From Mustelus asterias (lineage: Eukaryota): a stretch of 64,000 nt of DNA. Under the pieces are notes generated by a model. That model ran no database searches and was not told the origin of the DNA. It saw only the letters and a program-made list of their open reading frames with translations. A program made the position numbers and the translations under genes. This document shows positions 26,291 to 38,643 of the stretch, one piece after another (within the stretch, counting starts at the first letter, position 1; every line of letters begins with the position of its first letter). The stretch is from contig NW_027590142.1 of NCBI RefSeq assembly GCF_964213995.1, positions 868,001 through 932,000 of the forward strand. The letters are read 5' to 3'.

Positions 26291-27017
26291 CAAGCTCGAC
26301 ATGTTCGCTGCCTTTATTGCATACTGTGTATGTAGTGGCAAGAGAGAATCACAGATGAGGCTATCCTCTCAGTCACATTATCGGAAAAGCGTTAGGGTAG
26401 ATGGTGGCCCCATAACCAAGAACGTTGTTGGTCGTGAGGTGGCCGGAGCCAGATGACCAACTGGGCGTCATATTTTCAATTTCAGTGAAGCTTTCAAAGT
26501 TTTATTTTGTACATCATTTATTGCCCTTGCATTGACTGGCCACTTCAGAGGGCATTTGAGATTCAACTGCAGACCTGGATCCAGGAGTCACGTGTAGGTC
26601 AGCTTATTGCTGAATCAGTTGGGTTTTTACATCGATCGACAATGTTTTGAAGATCATCATTAAACTTCTGTTTGAATTCAAATTTTACCATGTGCCACGG
26701 TGGGAATCGATCCCGGCTTCTCAGCGGATTACCTCGACTTTAATTATTATTCGTCTCGTTTCAATTCCATTACTCCATTGCCCCTCTTCCTGACTATCCA
26801 TTTTAAGTGGGTCACTTCGTCATTTTTAAAAAAATGCCCCTTTAAAGGATTGTGAGCTTGTTAATTCCATTCAAGGAGCTACATAGATGCGCATTGCTAT
26901 TACGGATATCACAAATAAAATTTTGCATTTACTTTTCACTAGAAAAATAGATGAAAATTAAAGAGTTAATGGTGGAGTGTCAAAATAAATGCAAGTTATG
27001 AAGACTGCACCGCTTTG

Positions 27018-27375
27018 GACGGCATGGTAGCACAGTGTTCTCACTGCTGCCTCAGAGCTCCAGGGGCCCTGATTCCATTCCGGCCTTGGGTGTTTGTCTC
27101 TGTGGAAATTGCACATTCTTCCATTGTCTATGTGGGTTTCTTCTGGGTGCTCCGGCTTCCTCCCACAGTGCAAAGATGCGCAGGTTAGTCAACATGCTAA
27201 CTTGCCCCGAATATGCAGTTTAGCAGGATTAACCATTGCAACCACGCTGGCTCATGAGGATACGGCGAAATGGAGGAACTGGGTGAAATGCTTCTTATAA
27301 AGTCGGTGCACACTCGATTGGCTGAATTGTCTCCTTCTGAACTTTAGAGATTGCATGATGATTCTATGATTCTAG
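27018..27375 (+). mobile_element. V-SINE, diverged
   Basis: Head GGCATGGTAGCACAGTG, V-domain, ATTCTATG tail. Confidence 0.75.
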
Positions 27376-28631
27376 AGGATATTGTTTAAATATAAAAGGT
27401 CTTCCGTTCCAGACGAAGCTGAGAACTTTTTTCTCCCTCAGAGTGTCATTGGCATTTAAAAGTTTCGTCCTCAGAAAGCAATATGTCTTGGTCATTGTAC
27501 TTAACCATAAGAAATGGAGCTTAAAATATCATTCGCCCATCGAATGTGATCCGCCATTTAATGAGATCATGACTGATTAGATACGACAATCCTCAACTCC
27601 ACTCCCCTCGCCCCTCTCATGCCCATAACCCTTTATTCGAGGCTGAGTTGAATAGATGTTTTCATCGGCAAGGGAGTAGAGGGATATGGAGAACAGATGG
27701 GATAGTAGATGTGAAATAAGAACAAAACTTGCCATGATCTTTTCGAGCAGAATAAAGTGCTGATTGGTCTGCTTCTGTTCCGAAATCCGACAGTTTTAGG
27801 TTCCAATGACTGATTTGCAAGTAGGCAGGCACCCTCTGGATATATACGACCTGTTCAGGTTTGAATGTTTGGAGGTTTTCGAGAGAAACAACCATCGCAA
27901 TGTCTCCTTCAGTCTGGCGTCGTTTTAGTAGAGATCATCCGGGGTATTTACGTGATGGAGGCTTTAACGCATATTGCTACTTATCATCTGATTAGCATAG
28001 CAAGAGGCTAAGTAAGGATTCTATCCTCAAGTAAATAGTGTACACTATGGATTAGGATGTTTTCTCGCCTTGTTTCTATTTAGCGTTTTTTCTTGACAAT
28101 TGGTTTGCAAAGTTTAGCATCTGAATTAAGAAATTAATTACTCATTACAGACACTTTGTGGAGTCTTTCATTTTTTTAACATCTAGCACAATTGAGACCG
28201 GAGTTATTGTGGTCGACTTTGCACTTGACTTTCTCTTCTCGGTCCTGGGTGGAAATAAATCGGGATTCGAACAGTTAGCCGAGAAGATAGAGACATACAT
28301 GTACTGACATAGATGCTACTGCATTAGGAAGCAATGTGTGAATGTCTGTAACGTCCATATGCACGAAAAGTATCGCAGGTTTATGAGAAAATATGTGTAT
28401 TTTCAGAGATCCATACTGATTGATAAACGGATAGATATGCCTAAACAGGTGATAGTAAGAATGAGGTTTTCCTAGGCACTTCAAAGCCCCCATTGAAATC
28501 GATTGGTACATAGCTAAAGAGTAAGGGGGCGGGGGTGGTAGTGAGAGTGAGGAAAAGACCGAGGGAAAGAAAAAGACTGAGATGCAAAAATTAATTTACA
28601 TTGGAATTAACAAATAAGAGAGGAACAAACA

Positions 28632-29220
28632 ATAGAACATAGAACATAGAACATAGAACATTACAGCGCAGAACAGGCCCTTCGGCCCACGATGTTGCAC
28701 CGACCAGTTAAAAAAAAAACTGTGACCCTCCAACCTAAACCAATTTCTTTTCGTCCATGAACCTATCTACGGATCTCTTAAACGCCCCCAAACTAGGCGC
28801 ATTTACTACTGATGCTGGCAGGGCATTCCAATCCCTCACCACCCTCTGGGTAAAGAACCTACCCCTGACATCGGTTCTATAACTACCCCCCCTCAATTTA
28901 AAGCCATGCCCCCTCGTGCTGGATTTCTCCATCAGAGGAAAAAGGCTATCACTATCCACCCTATCTAAACCTCTAATCATCTTATATGTTTCAATAAGAT
29001 CCCCTCTTAGCCGCCGCCTTTCCAGCGAAAACAATCCCAAATCCCTCAGCCTCTCCTCATAGGATCTCCCCTCCATACCAGGCAACATCCTGGTAAACCT
29101 CCTCTGCACCCTCTCCAAAGCCTCCACATCCTTCCTGTAATGTGGGGACCAGAACTGCACACAGTACTCCAAGTGCGGCCGCACCAGAGTTGTGTACAGT
29201 TGCAACATAACGCTACGACT
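28632..29220 (-). mobile_element. CR1 3' fragment, essentially identical to the 3' part of 51477-52710
   Basis: Same 157-aa C-terminal translation ending RFMDEKKLV. Confidence 0.9.
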
Positions 29221-29879
29221 ATAGAGTTAAGAAACACCTTCCACAGCGGATGAATTACATTAAATAATTTAAATATTGCCAAGGTCGTTCAATGTTTGTT
29301 TGCAGTTCATGTTGGCAACATGGAAAATGTTCCATGTCACACTCAGGATATGGAAATCTTAGTGTCTGCTGACATCCGATCGACTGCACGCCAAGCACGG
29401 GTATCGGTGTCTCTGATAATATAGTGGGGGTTAAATATGATGGAGAATAGATCTCACTCTGTGTTGTGAAGTGATATGCTGCAATTGGAAACTACAGTTT
29501 GAAGTGAAATAATAGATGTAAATAAAATGAACATATGTGTCTGCACTGACACTTGATTTTCTGTCGGGTGGGACGGGGAATGCGAGTTTTTAATTATAAA
29601 ATGTCTGCTTTAGGGCTGCCGTGGACTCGGTTCACAAAGTTTGTGACAATAAGATCTGAGCAACTACACTCACCCCTCCCATCAGAGAGACAATCCGTTC
29701 ACCCTCAGTTTTTGGTCATAGATTGAGCAACTGATCCAGGAGATGTGGGGAGTGGGATTGCTCTGCAGGGATGCTGGAGGGTTGAGTAAAAGCCTGAGCT
29801 CGTGCCCAATTTAATAACTATCCCAGATAATTGATTGTATCCCCTCTGTCTGCACTGTACTGGGCCCCAGGCCAAAAGT

Positions 29880-30532
29880 CCAAAGAACAACGAAAATTAC
29901 AGCACAGGAACAGGCCCGTCGGCCATCCAAGGCTGCACTGACAGTGCTCCCGACTGAACTAAAACCCTGTACCCTTCCGGAGACCGGATCCCTCTATTCC
30001 CATCCTATTCATGTATTTGCCAAGATGTCCTGTATACATCACTACCTCCCCCGGCTGCGAGTTCCAGGCACCCATCAACTTCTGTGTAAAAAAACATGCC
30101 TCGTACATCTCCTTTAAATCTTGCCCCTCGCACCTTAAAACTATGCCCCCTAATAATTGACTCGTCCATCCTGGGAAAAAGCTTCAGACTATCCAATCTT
30201 TCCATGCCCCTCATAATTTGTAGACTTCTATCAGGTTATCCCTCAAGCTCCGTCGTTGCAGTGAGAAGAAACCAAGTTTCTCCAACCTCTCCTTATAGCT
30301 AATGCCCTCCATACCAGGCAACATCCTGGTAAATCTTTTCTGTACCCTCTCCTAAGCCTCTACATCCTTCTGGCAGTTTGGCGACCAGTATTGAACACTA
30401 TATCCTAAGTGCGGCCTAGCTAAGGTTCTAAAAAGCTGCAACATGACTTGCCAATTTTTAAACTCAATGCTCTGTCCGATGAAGGTAAGCATGCCGTATG
30501 CCTTCTTGATGACCTTCTCCACCTGTGTTGCA
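29880..30532 (-). mobile_element. CR1 3' fragment
   Basis: Same subfamily tail as the 9127-11290 copy. Confidence 0.85.
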
Positions 30533-31088
30533 ATATTTGAAACACTTTCGGATGCATATCAGCAATGACATCCAAAGTTATTATTGGGAGGTGCTGGAGA
30601 AGCGTATGACATGGACAGAGTTATTGGGCAAACAACAGCTCAGGAAATATAAATAGGTGTGATCCCAACAGTTCCACTTGGTAGGCGGGCGAATATGTCC
30701 CTGAAAGGTCTCACTTTCAATTCTACATTCCGTCAAACCGATTTTTCACAATTAAACAGAATCATCTGTTCCATTTCCTCAGCACAGTTCCAGAAAAAAG
30801 AGCATATTACTTGAGTCCTGAGGAGTACGAGAGCCACGAAGAGAAAGGTAGGTGGAAATTGGAACCGCCATAGAAACACGCAGAGTTTGAAAGTGGGCAA
30901 ATAAGCAGTGTCAATTATAGCGAGAAAGTATGGCCGAATGGAGAAATAGATTGGTCAGCAGAGAATGTGGATGGCCGTGTAGAGAATGCGATTGAGAGTA
31001 AAGAGCAGAAGTATGAGGCAAATTAAACACGGTATTAGGGATTAACAGAAAGAAGATTAAACGAAGAAGAAGCAGCATGAAACACACA

Positions 31089-31230
31089 NNNNNNNNNNNN
31101 NNNNNNNNNNNNNNNNNNNNNNNNNNNNNNNNNNNNNNNNNNNNNNNNNNNNNNNNNNNNNNNNNNNNNNNNNNNNNNNNNNNNNNNNNNNNNNNNNNNN
31201 NNNNNNNNNNNNNNNNNNNNNNNNNNNNNN
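31089..31230. other. Assembly gap (142 N)
   Basis: Run of N. Confidence 1.
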
Positions 31231-31479
31231 GATATCCTGGAGATTTTCGTTCCACGTGTTAGATTTGATTGTTGATCTTGTCAAGGAAAAATCTGCCGCT
31301 CTGAACAGTTCTCAACAGTAACGATTCACAACATGAGGAATGTGACCTGATGGTTTTCATGAGAGAGACCACGTGAGTGTGAAGAAATACAGGAAAACAT
31401 TGACACCAGCCACTATACAGATGTTCGCCTCTGCGTGTGTGGAAAGAAACATAGAAAACGATATGCACATTTATTCCTA

Positions 31480-32410
31480 AAGCAGTGAGACTGAGGAAGA
31501 ACAGTCTGCGTAAAGGTAACTTCATGTGAGAGAGGGACCTTACAGACAGTGTTCAATACCTCCAATAGAGAGAGAAAACCTAAAATCTCCAGCCATTGTG
31601 AAGGTATCTCCTTGACAGAGAAGATTGTGCGACACCGTTCAGGGAACAGAGTGAGAGAGGGTTGACAGACTCCATTCAGTGCATAGATTTCACCCTCAGA
31701 GAGAGAGTCTGAGAGGCAGCAGTCGGTGCACTGGTAGTTCCGTGAGGGAAAGGGGACTGAGAGCAACCAGTCAGTGTATGGATATCTTCCTGAGAGAGAG
31801 AGGTTCTGAAAAACACAGGTCACAGTGCATATACCTCCCTGAAAGAGAGGGGGGACTGAGGGACAACAGTCAGTTTACAGATATATCCCTGGGAGAGAGA
31901 GAGGGGCTGGGAAATAGCTGTCAGTCTACAGATAGGTATCTGCATGAGAGCGTGGGGCTGAGACCCAACCATATGTGTGCGGCTATTTTTCTGCAAGAGT
32001 GGCACGGAGAGAGACCAGTACGTAACTATTTCTCCAGGGAGCAGGTAGGCTAACACAAATAAATCTCCCTGTGAGAATAAATCAGCCAGTGTTCAAAACT
32101 CTCCCCTAAGGAGGCACTCTGAGAGAGTTTGGTTAATATACAGTTGTCTTCTTGAGAGACAGGCATTGAGCGACGCAGGGCAGTGCGCACAATTCTTCCT
32201 GAAGTGAGGAACTGATATGCACGAGTCATAATGTCACTATTTTCATGACTGGATCGCACTGAGAGGCCGATCAGTTTGCAAATGCCTGAAATGTAAAGGC
32301 GAACGAAAATCGACATTGAGCAGTTATCTTCCTGAGGGAAAGAGACTGAGGCAGAGGATGAAACAGAGATTCGGGAGACAACAGTCCATGTAGCCATATC
32401 GCCATTAGAG
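31480..32410. repeat. Degenerate ~50-bp minisatellite
   Basis: Recurrent units of the form TATCTCCCTGAGAGAGAG.GGG.CTGAG...CAGTCAGT.TACA, clearest at 31690-31980. Confidence 0.6.
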
Positions 32411-34037
32411 AAGAGAGTAACAAACAGAAATCAGAGAACAGAAAAACTTAGGAGAAATTTAGAACTACACCAGATTTTCCAGATAGCTCACTTTCCAACA
32501 TCCAAGATGACTTTCCTTTCAGTTCTTGAATAACTAAAGTCACAGAATCACATAATACGACAGTGCAGAAGAGTCCCTTCGGCCCATCGAGTTCGCAGCG
32601 ACGCATTAAAGGCCCTGACCTGCCCACCTAATCCCACTTGGCCCATACCCGTAAATATTATGGCGCGCCAAGTGCACATCCAGGTACTTTTTTTAAAGAA
32701 TGTGAGACAATATGCTCCCATCACCCTAACAGCCAGTGCATTCCAGGCTGTCACCACCCTCTGGGTAAGAAACGCTTTTCCTCAAATCCCCCCCGAAATC
32801 TCCCACTCCTCATTTTTAACTTGTGTCCCCTCTTAACTGACCCTTCAACTAAGGGGAGCAGCTGTTCCTTATCCACACTGTCCATGCCCCTCATCACCTT
32901 GAACACCTCAATCAGGTTGCTCCTCAGTCTACTCTGTCCGAGAGAAAACGACCCAAGCCTATCCAACCTCTGTTTCTAACTTAAATGTTCCTTCCCCGGC
33001 AACATCCTGGTGAATCTCCTCTGCACCCCTTCCAGTGCGATCACGTCCTTCCTATAATGTGGCGACCAGAACTGCACACAGTACTCCAGCTGTGGCCTCA
33101 TCAAAATTCTGTGCAACTCCATCATGAACTCTCTGCTTTTGTAATCTATACCCCGATTGATGAAGGCGAATGTGCCATATGCCTTTTCACCACTCTTTTA
33201 ACCTAATTTTTCGCCTTCAGAGATCTATGGACAAACACCAATGTCCCTTTGTCCTACGAAACTACCCAGCGTCAGACATTTCATCGGATACTTCCGTGTC
33301 AATTTACTCCTTCCAAAGTGTACCACTTCACACTTTTCAGGGTTAAATTCTATCTGTCACTTATCTAGCCATTTGACCATCTCGTCTATATCTTCCTGTG
33401 TCCCAAGACACTCAGCCTCATTGTTAACCGCACGGCCAAGTTTTGCATCATCCGCAAACATACTGATCCTATCCCCACATAGTCATCTGTGTCATTTATA
33501 TAACTGACGAACAATAGGGAGACCAGCATGAATTCCTGTGGTACGCCACTGGTCACTGGCCTCCAGTCACTAAAGCAGCCGTCTGTGGTCACCCTCTGTT
33601 TCCTTCCGCTAAGCCATTTATGAATCCACCTGAGCTGATCACCTTGTATCCCATGTGCATTTGCCTTCTTAATAAGTCTCCGATGTGAGACGTTGTCAAA
33701 GGCTTTGCTGAACTCCATGTAAACTATCCCAACCGCACTACCCTCATCTATACACTTGGTTACATGCTCAAAAAATTCAAAAACATTCGTTCGGCATGAA
33801 CTCCCTCTGACAACCCTTGCTGACTATCCCTGATCAAACTTTCCTCTCCAAATGGAGATAGATTCCCTCCTTTACAATCTTCTCCATTGGTTTCCCAACC
33901 AGAGACCTGGCTTGTCTCTGCAACCTTTCATAAATAACGGGATCACATTAGCTGTCCTCCAGTCCTCTGGCACCTCCCCGGTGAAAAGTTTAACAACACC
34001 AGGTTAAAGTCCAACAGGTTTATTTGGTAGCAAAAGC

Positions 34038-34074
34038 CACAAGCTTTCGGAGCCTTAAGCTCCTTCTTCAGGTG
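34038..34074 (-). ncRNA. Minimal hammerhead ribozyme motif in the inverted pLTR
   Basis: Minus strand CAC-CTGAAGA-AGGAGC-TTAAG-GCTCC-GAAA-GCTT-GTG. Confidence 0.7.
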
Positions 34075-36553
34075 AGTGGGAATTCTGTTCACAAACAGGG
34101 CATAGAAAGACACAAACTCAATTTACAGAATAATGGTTGGAATGTGAATACGGACAGCTAATCAAGTCTTAAAAGTACAAACATTGTGTGTCGAGAGAGC
34201 ATTAAGCCAGGTTAAAGAGATGTGTATTGTCTCCAGACAGGACAGCCAGTGAGACTCTGCAGGTCCAGGCAAGCTGTGGGGATTACAGATAGTGTGGCAT
34301 GAACCCAATATCCCGGTTGAGGCTGTCCTCATGTGTGTGGAACTTGGCTATCAGTTTCTGCTCAGCGACTCTGCGCCGTCGTGTGTCGTGAAGGCCGCCT
34401 TGGAGACTGCTTACCCAAATATCAGAGGCCGAATGCCCGTGACCGCTTAAGTGCTCCCCAACAGGAAGTTTACAGTCTTGCCTGGCGATTGTCGAGCGAT
34501 GTTCATTCATCCGTTGTCGCAGCGTCTGTATGGTTTCCCCAATGTACCATGCCTCGGGACATCCTTTCCTGCAGCGTATCAGGTAGACAACGTTGGCCGA
34601 GTTGCAAACGTATGTACCGTGTACCTGGTGGATGCTGCTCTTACGTGAGATGATAGCATCTGTGTCGATGATCCGGCACGTCTTGCAGAGATTGCTGTGG
34701 TAGGGTTGTATGGTGTCGTGGTCACTATTCTCCTGAAGGCTGGGTAGTTTGCTGCGGACAATGGTCTGTTTGAGGTAGCACCCTCCGTGCTCTCATCCCA
34801 CGTACTGGAGATCTCTACTGCCTCCTGAAGATACACAAGGCAAACACACCCGTCCGTCCCATCGTATCGGGCAATGGGACCCTGTGCGAGAACCTCTCCG
34901 GCTATGTCGAAGACATCCTAAAACCCATTGTACAAAGAACCCCCAGCTTTTGTCGCGACACTACGGGCTTCCTACAGAAATTCGGCACAGATGGAGCAGT
35001 TGAACCAGGAGCGCTCCTCGTCACAGTGGATGTCTCGGCACTCTACACCAGCATCCCCCACGATGATGGCATTGCTGCAACGGCGTCAGTGCTCAGCGCC
35101 GACAACTGCCAGTTTCCAGATGCAATTTTACATCTCATCCGCTTCATCCTGGACCACAATATCTTCACCTTCAACAACCAGTTCTTCATCCAGACACACG
35201 GAACAGCCATGGGGACCAAATTCGCACCTCAATATGCCAACATCTTCATGCACAGGTCCGCACAGGACCTTCAACCGATTTTTCTTCCTTTGGACTCATG
35301 GTGAACAATCACAGAAACAACTCTATGATGGCATCAACAAGTTCCATCCTACCATCAGACTCAGCTTGGACTACTCTCCGGAATCGGTTGCATTCTTGGA
35401 CACACGCATCTCCATTAAGGATGGTCACCTCAGCACCTCACTGTACCGCAAGCCCACGGATAACCTCACGATGCTCCACTTCTCCAGCTTCCACCCTAAA
35501 CACGTTAAAGAAGCCATCCCCTATGGACAAGCCCTCGTATACATAGGATCTACTCGGATGAGGACGATCGCAACAGCCACCTCCAGACGCTGAAAGATGC
35601 CCTCATAAGAACAGGATATGGCGCTCGACTCATCGATCGACAGTTCCGACGTGCCACAGCGAAAAACCGCACCGACCTCCTCAGAAGACAAACACGGGAT
35701 ACGGTGGACAGAGTACCCTTCGTCGTCCAGTCCTTCCCCGAAGCGGAGAAGCTACGGCATCTCCTCCGGAGTCTTCAACATGTCATTGATGAAGACGAAC
35801 ATCTCGCCAAGGCCATCCCCACACCCCCACTTCTTGCCTTCAAACAACCGCGCAACCTCAAACAGGCCATTGTCCGCAACAAACTACCCAGCCTTAGGAG
35901 AACAGTGACCACGACACCACACAACCCTGCCACAGCAACCTCTGCAAGACGTGCCGGATCATCGACACAAATACCCTCATCTCACGTGAGAACACCATCC
36001 ACCAGGTACAGGGTACATATTCTTGCAACTCGGCCAATGTTGTCTACATGATACGCTGCAGGAAAGGATGTCCCGAGGCATGGTACATTGGGGAAACCAT
36101 GCAGACGCTGCGACAACGGATGAATGAACACTGCTCGACAATCACCCGGCAAGTCTGTAAACTTCCTGTTGGGGAGCACTTAAGCGGTCACGGGCATTCG
36201 GCCTCTGATATTCGGGTAAGCGTTCTCCAAGGCGGCCTTCACGACACACGACTGCGCAGAGTCGCTGAGCAGAAACTGATAGCCAAGTTCCAGACATGAG
36301 GACAGCCTCAACCGGGATATTGGGTTCATGCCACACTATCTGTAATCCCCACAGCTTGCCTGAACCTGCAGAGTCTCACTGGCTGTCCTGTCTGGAGACA
36401 ATACACATCTCCTTAACCTGGCATAATGCTCTCTCTACACACATTGTTTGTACTTTTAAGACTTGATTAGCTGTACGTATTCACATTCCAACCATTATTC
36501 TGTAAATTGAGTTTGTGTCTTTCTAAGCCCTGTTTGTGGACAGAATTCCCACT

Positions 36554-36590
36554 CACCTGAAGAAGGAGCTTCAGGCTCCGAAAGCTTGTG
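36554..36590 (+). ncRNA. Minimal hammerhead ribozyme motif in the 3' pLTR
   Basis: CAC-CTGAAGA-AGGAGC-TTCAG-GCTCC-GAAA-GCTT-GTG: CUGANGA/GAAA core, 5-bp stem II and palindromic AAGCTT in place of stem III. Confidence 0.7.
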
Positions 36591-36709
36591 GCTTTTGCTA
36601 CCAAATAAACCTGTTGGACTTTAACCTGGTGTTGTTAAACATCTTCCTGTGTTTCCCCAGTCCAACGTCGGCATCTCCACATCATGACCTCCCCTGGCCA
36701 GAGAGTAAT

Positions 36710-37050
36710 TCATAGAAATCATAGAAACCCTACAGTGCAGAAGGAGGCCATTCGGCCCATCGAGTCGGCACCGACCACAATCCCACCCAGGCCCTACCCC
36801 CACATATTTACCCGCTAATCCCTCTAACCTACGCATCTCAGGACTCTAAGGGGCAACTTTTAACCTGGCCAATCAACCTAACCCGCACATCTTTGGACTG
36901 TGGGAGGAAACCGGAGCACCCGGAGCAAACCCACGCAGACACGAGGAGAATGTGCAAACTCCACACAGACAGTGACCCGAGCTGGGAATCGAACCCGGGT
37001 CCCTGGAGCTGTGAATCAGCAGTGCTAACCACTGTGCTATCGTGCCGCCC
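36710..37050 (-). mobile_element. V-SINE (HE1-like)
   Basis: Near-identical to 1548-1890. Confidence 0.85.
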
Positions 37051-37644
37051 TGAATTAAAATTAAAATTTTGGGCCAGAGTCCCTGAAAATTCCTCTCTTG
37101 TCTCCCACAACAGGCTGGGACACAATGTATTTCGACCTGGAGATTTGTCCACTTTTAAGACCGCCAATAACTCCAAAACCTTGTCACTCCCTGAAATAAT
37201 TTCCTCCAGAGCCTCACAATCTCTCTGCCCGACTTCCATATCTTCCTCATCATTCTCGTGGGTGATGACAGATGTGAAATATTCGCTCAACACCCTACCA
37301 ATATCTTCTGCTTCCACCCACAGGTTTCCCCGTAGTCCTTACTGAGCCCTACTCTTTCCCTGCTTATCCTCTTCCCATTGATATACTTGCAGATTTACAC
37401 GTTTCTGGTTCTGCTTCATTTTTGCCATTCTGCATGCTGCTGGCACTGGGATGTCTCGTGTCCTTTGGTAGCCATAGATTTCTGAGCAGAGCATTTCCCA
37501 GACTGTACCTATCAAAAACATTGGCGATTTGGAGACAAAACATAAAACTTAACAAGCAGTAATCTTACTGTATAATCTCACTGTATTATCAACTGTAATT
37601 GTATGATATAACTTTATATTTTAGCCAGTGCTCTTCATTTTGCG

Positions 37645-38643
37645 ATGTCACATCGAATGAGTACTTTTGTGAGCTGGAATACAACCCGCTGGCCGGAGAT
37701 CAACACATCCAATCAGAGTGGAAATACAAGTCTCGTGCCCGCAATTGACAGCAGCTTTGAACCATTGGATTGGCCTCAATTGACCATCTTTTTCTGTCTC
37801 CTTAGCTTAGTAGTTGTATTGGGAATTGGTGGGAACGCAATTGCATTGTGGCATATCATAAGATTAAAGAAACTCTCGTCAGCATCGGATATACTCCTGC
37901 TTGACTTAACCATCACTAACCTTTTGGTCATTCTTGCTTCCGCCCTTGACATTATTGCTCTAACTGTAGACACTCTCTCAATGCTTGTAGATCAATATGT
38001 AGATTTTATTAATCTCTTGTATGTAATCAACCTTTATGGTAACCCACCTTTCATGGCATGCATTGCTGTTGATCAGTACATCGCTATTGTCCATCCCATC
38101 AGGTCTCACTCCTGGAGAAGGCACCGATATTATGTTGTGCTGTCCATTGTAACTTGGCTGGCAATTTTCGCTCTAAGTCTAGCGGAGATCTTAATAGCGA
38201 GAACAATAGTGTCAAATATAGATTCATGCAAGGAAATGTCCACAGAGTGGAGACCATGGAAAGTCTTCATTCTTATTTCTGAAGTAATGGCGTTTGCCGT
38301 CCCAGTACTGATCCTATTTATCTGCTATGCCCTGACATCAAAGAAGCTGATTGAAGTGGGGACAGGGAAAGAATCCATGAAGCTGATGAAGATGAAAGTG
38401 TTGAAGACAATTGCGGGAATTTTGGCTCTTCTGCTTTTCTGCTTTGCCCCTTATCACATTCCAGAATTGTATTTTGGGGTCAAAGATCTGTTGGAGCTAT
38501 CGAATCCAGGCGCAGCATTTTACCGATGCAATGTTCAATTTTACACGTGGGTTCTCACTTCCTTCACTGCCTTTCTCAATCCCTTGCTGTATATTTTCAG
38601 GTCCCAGAACTTTACCTGGAGACCGTGCTGTTGCACTGCTTAA
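37645..38643 (+). CDS. Intact single-exon orphan class A GPCR, delta-branch (P2Y/LPAR/GPR35-like), 332 aa
   Basis: Seven hydrophobic segments; N-terminal N-glycan sites (NTT, NTS, NQS); GN (TM1), INLYG...FMACIAVDQY..IVHP (TM3), ICY (TM5), CFAPYH (TM6), LNPLLY (TM7). A splice acceptor tttatattttag at 37613-37624 suggests an upstream non-coding exon. Confidence 0.9.
   Translation: MSHRMSTFVSWNTTRWPEINTSNQSGNTSLVPAIDSSFEPLDWPQLTIFFCLLSLVVVLGIGGNAIALWHIIRLKKLSSASDILLLDLTITNLLVILASALDIIALTVDTLSMLVDQYVDFINLLYVINLYGNPPFMACIAVDQYIAIVHPIRSHSWRRHRYYVVLSIVTWLAIFALSLAEILIARTIVSNIDSCKEMSTEWRPWKVFILISEVMAFAVPVLILFICYALTSKKLIEVGTGKESMKLMKMKVLKTIAGILALLLFCFAPYHIPELYFGVKDLLELSNPGAAFYRCNVQFYTWVLTSFTAFLNPLLYIFRSQNFTWRPCCCTA

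Larger units (their letters stand above)
33980..36686 (+). mobile_element. Penelope-like retroelement (RT plus GIY-YIG endonuclease) with an inverted pLTR; defective
   Basis: RT motifs DVSALYTSIPH, GTAMGTKFAPQYANIFM, FLDT and LYRKPT; GIY-YIG IRCRKGCPEAWYIGETMQTLRQRMNEH. 33985-34778 is an inverted copy of the 3' part. TSD ACCTCCCC (33972-33979, 36687-36694). The catalytic YIDD region appears deleted. Confidence 0.9.
32545..37370 (-). mobile_element. Old CR1 LINE interrupted by a Penelope element (33980-36686) and a V-SINE (36710-37050)
   Basis: EFSKAFDNVSH and GVPQ motifs on the left; KVDKSPG on the right. Confidence 0.8.
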
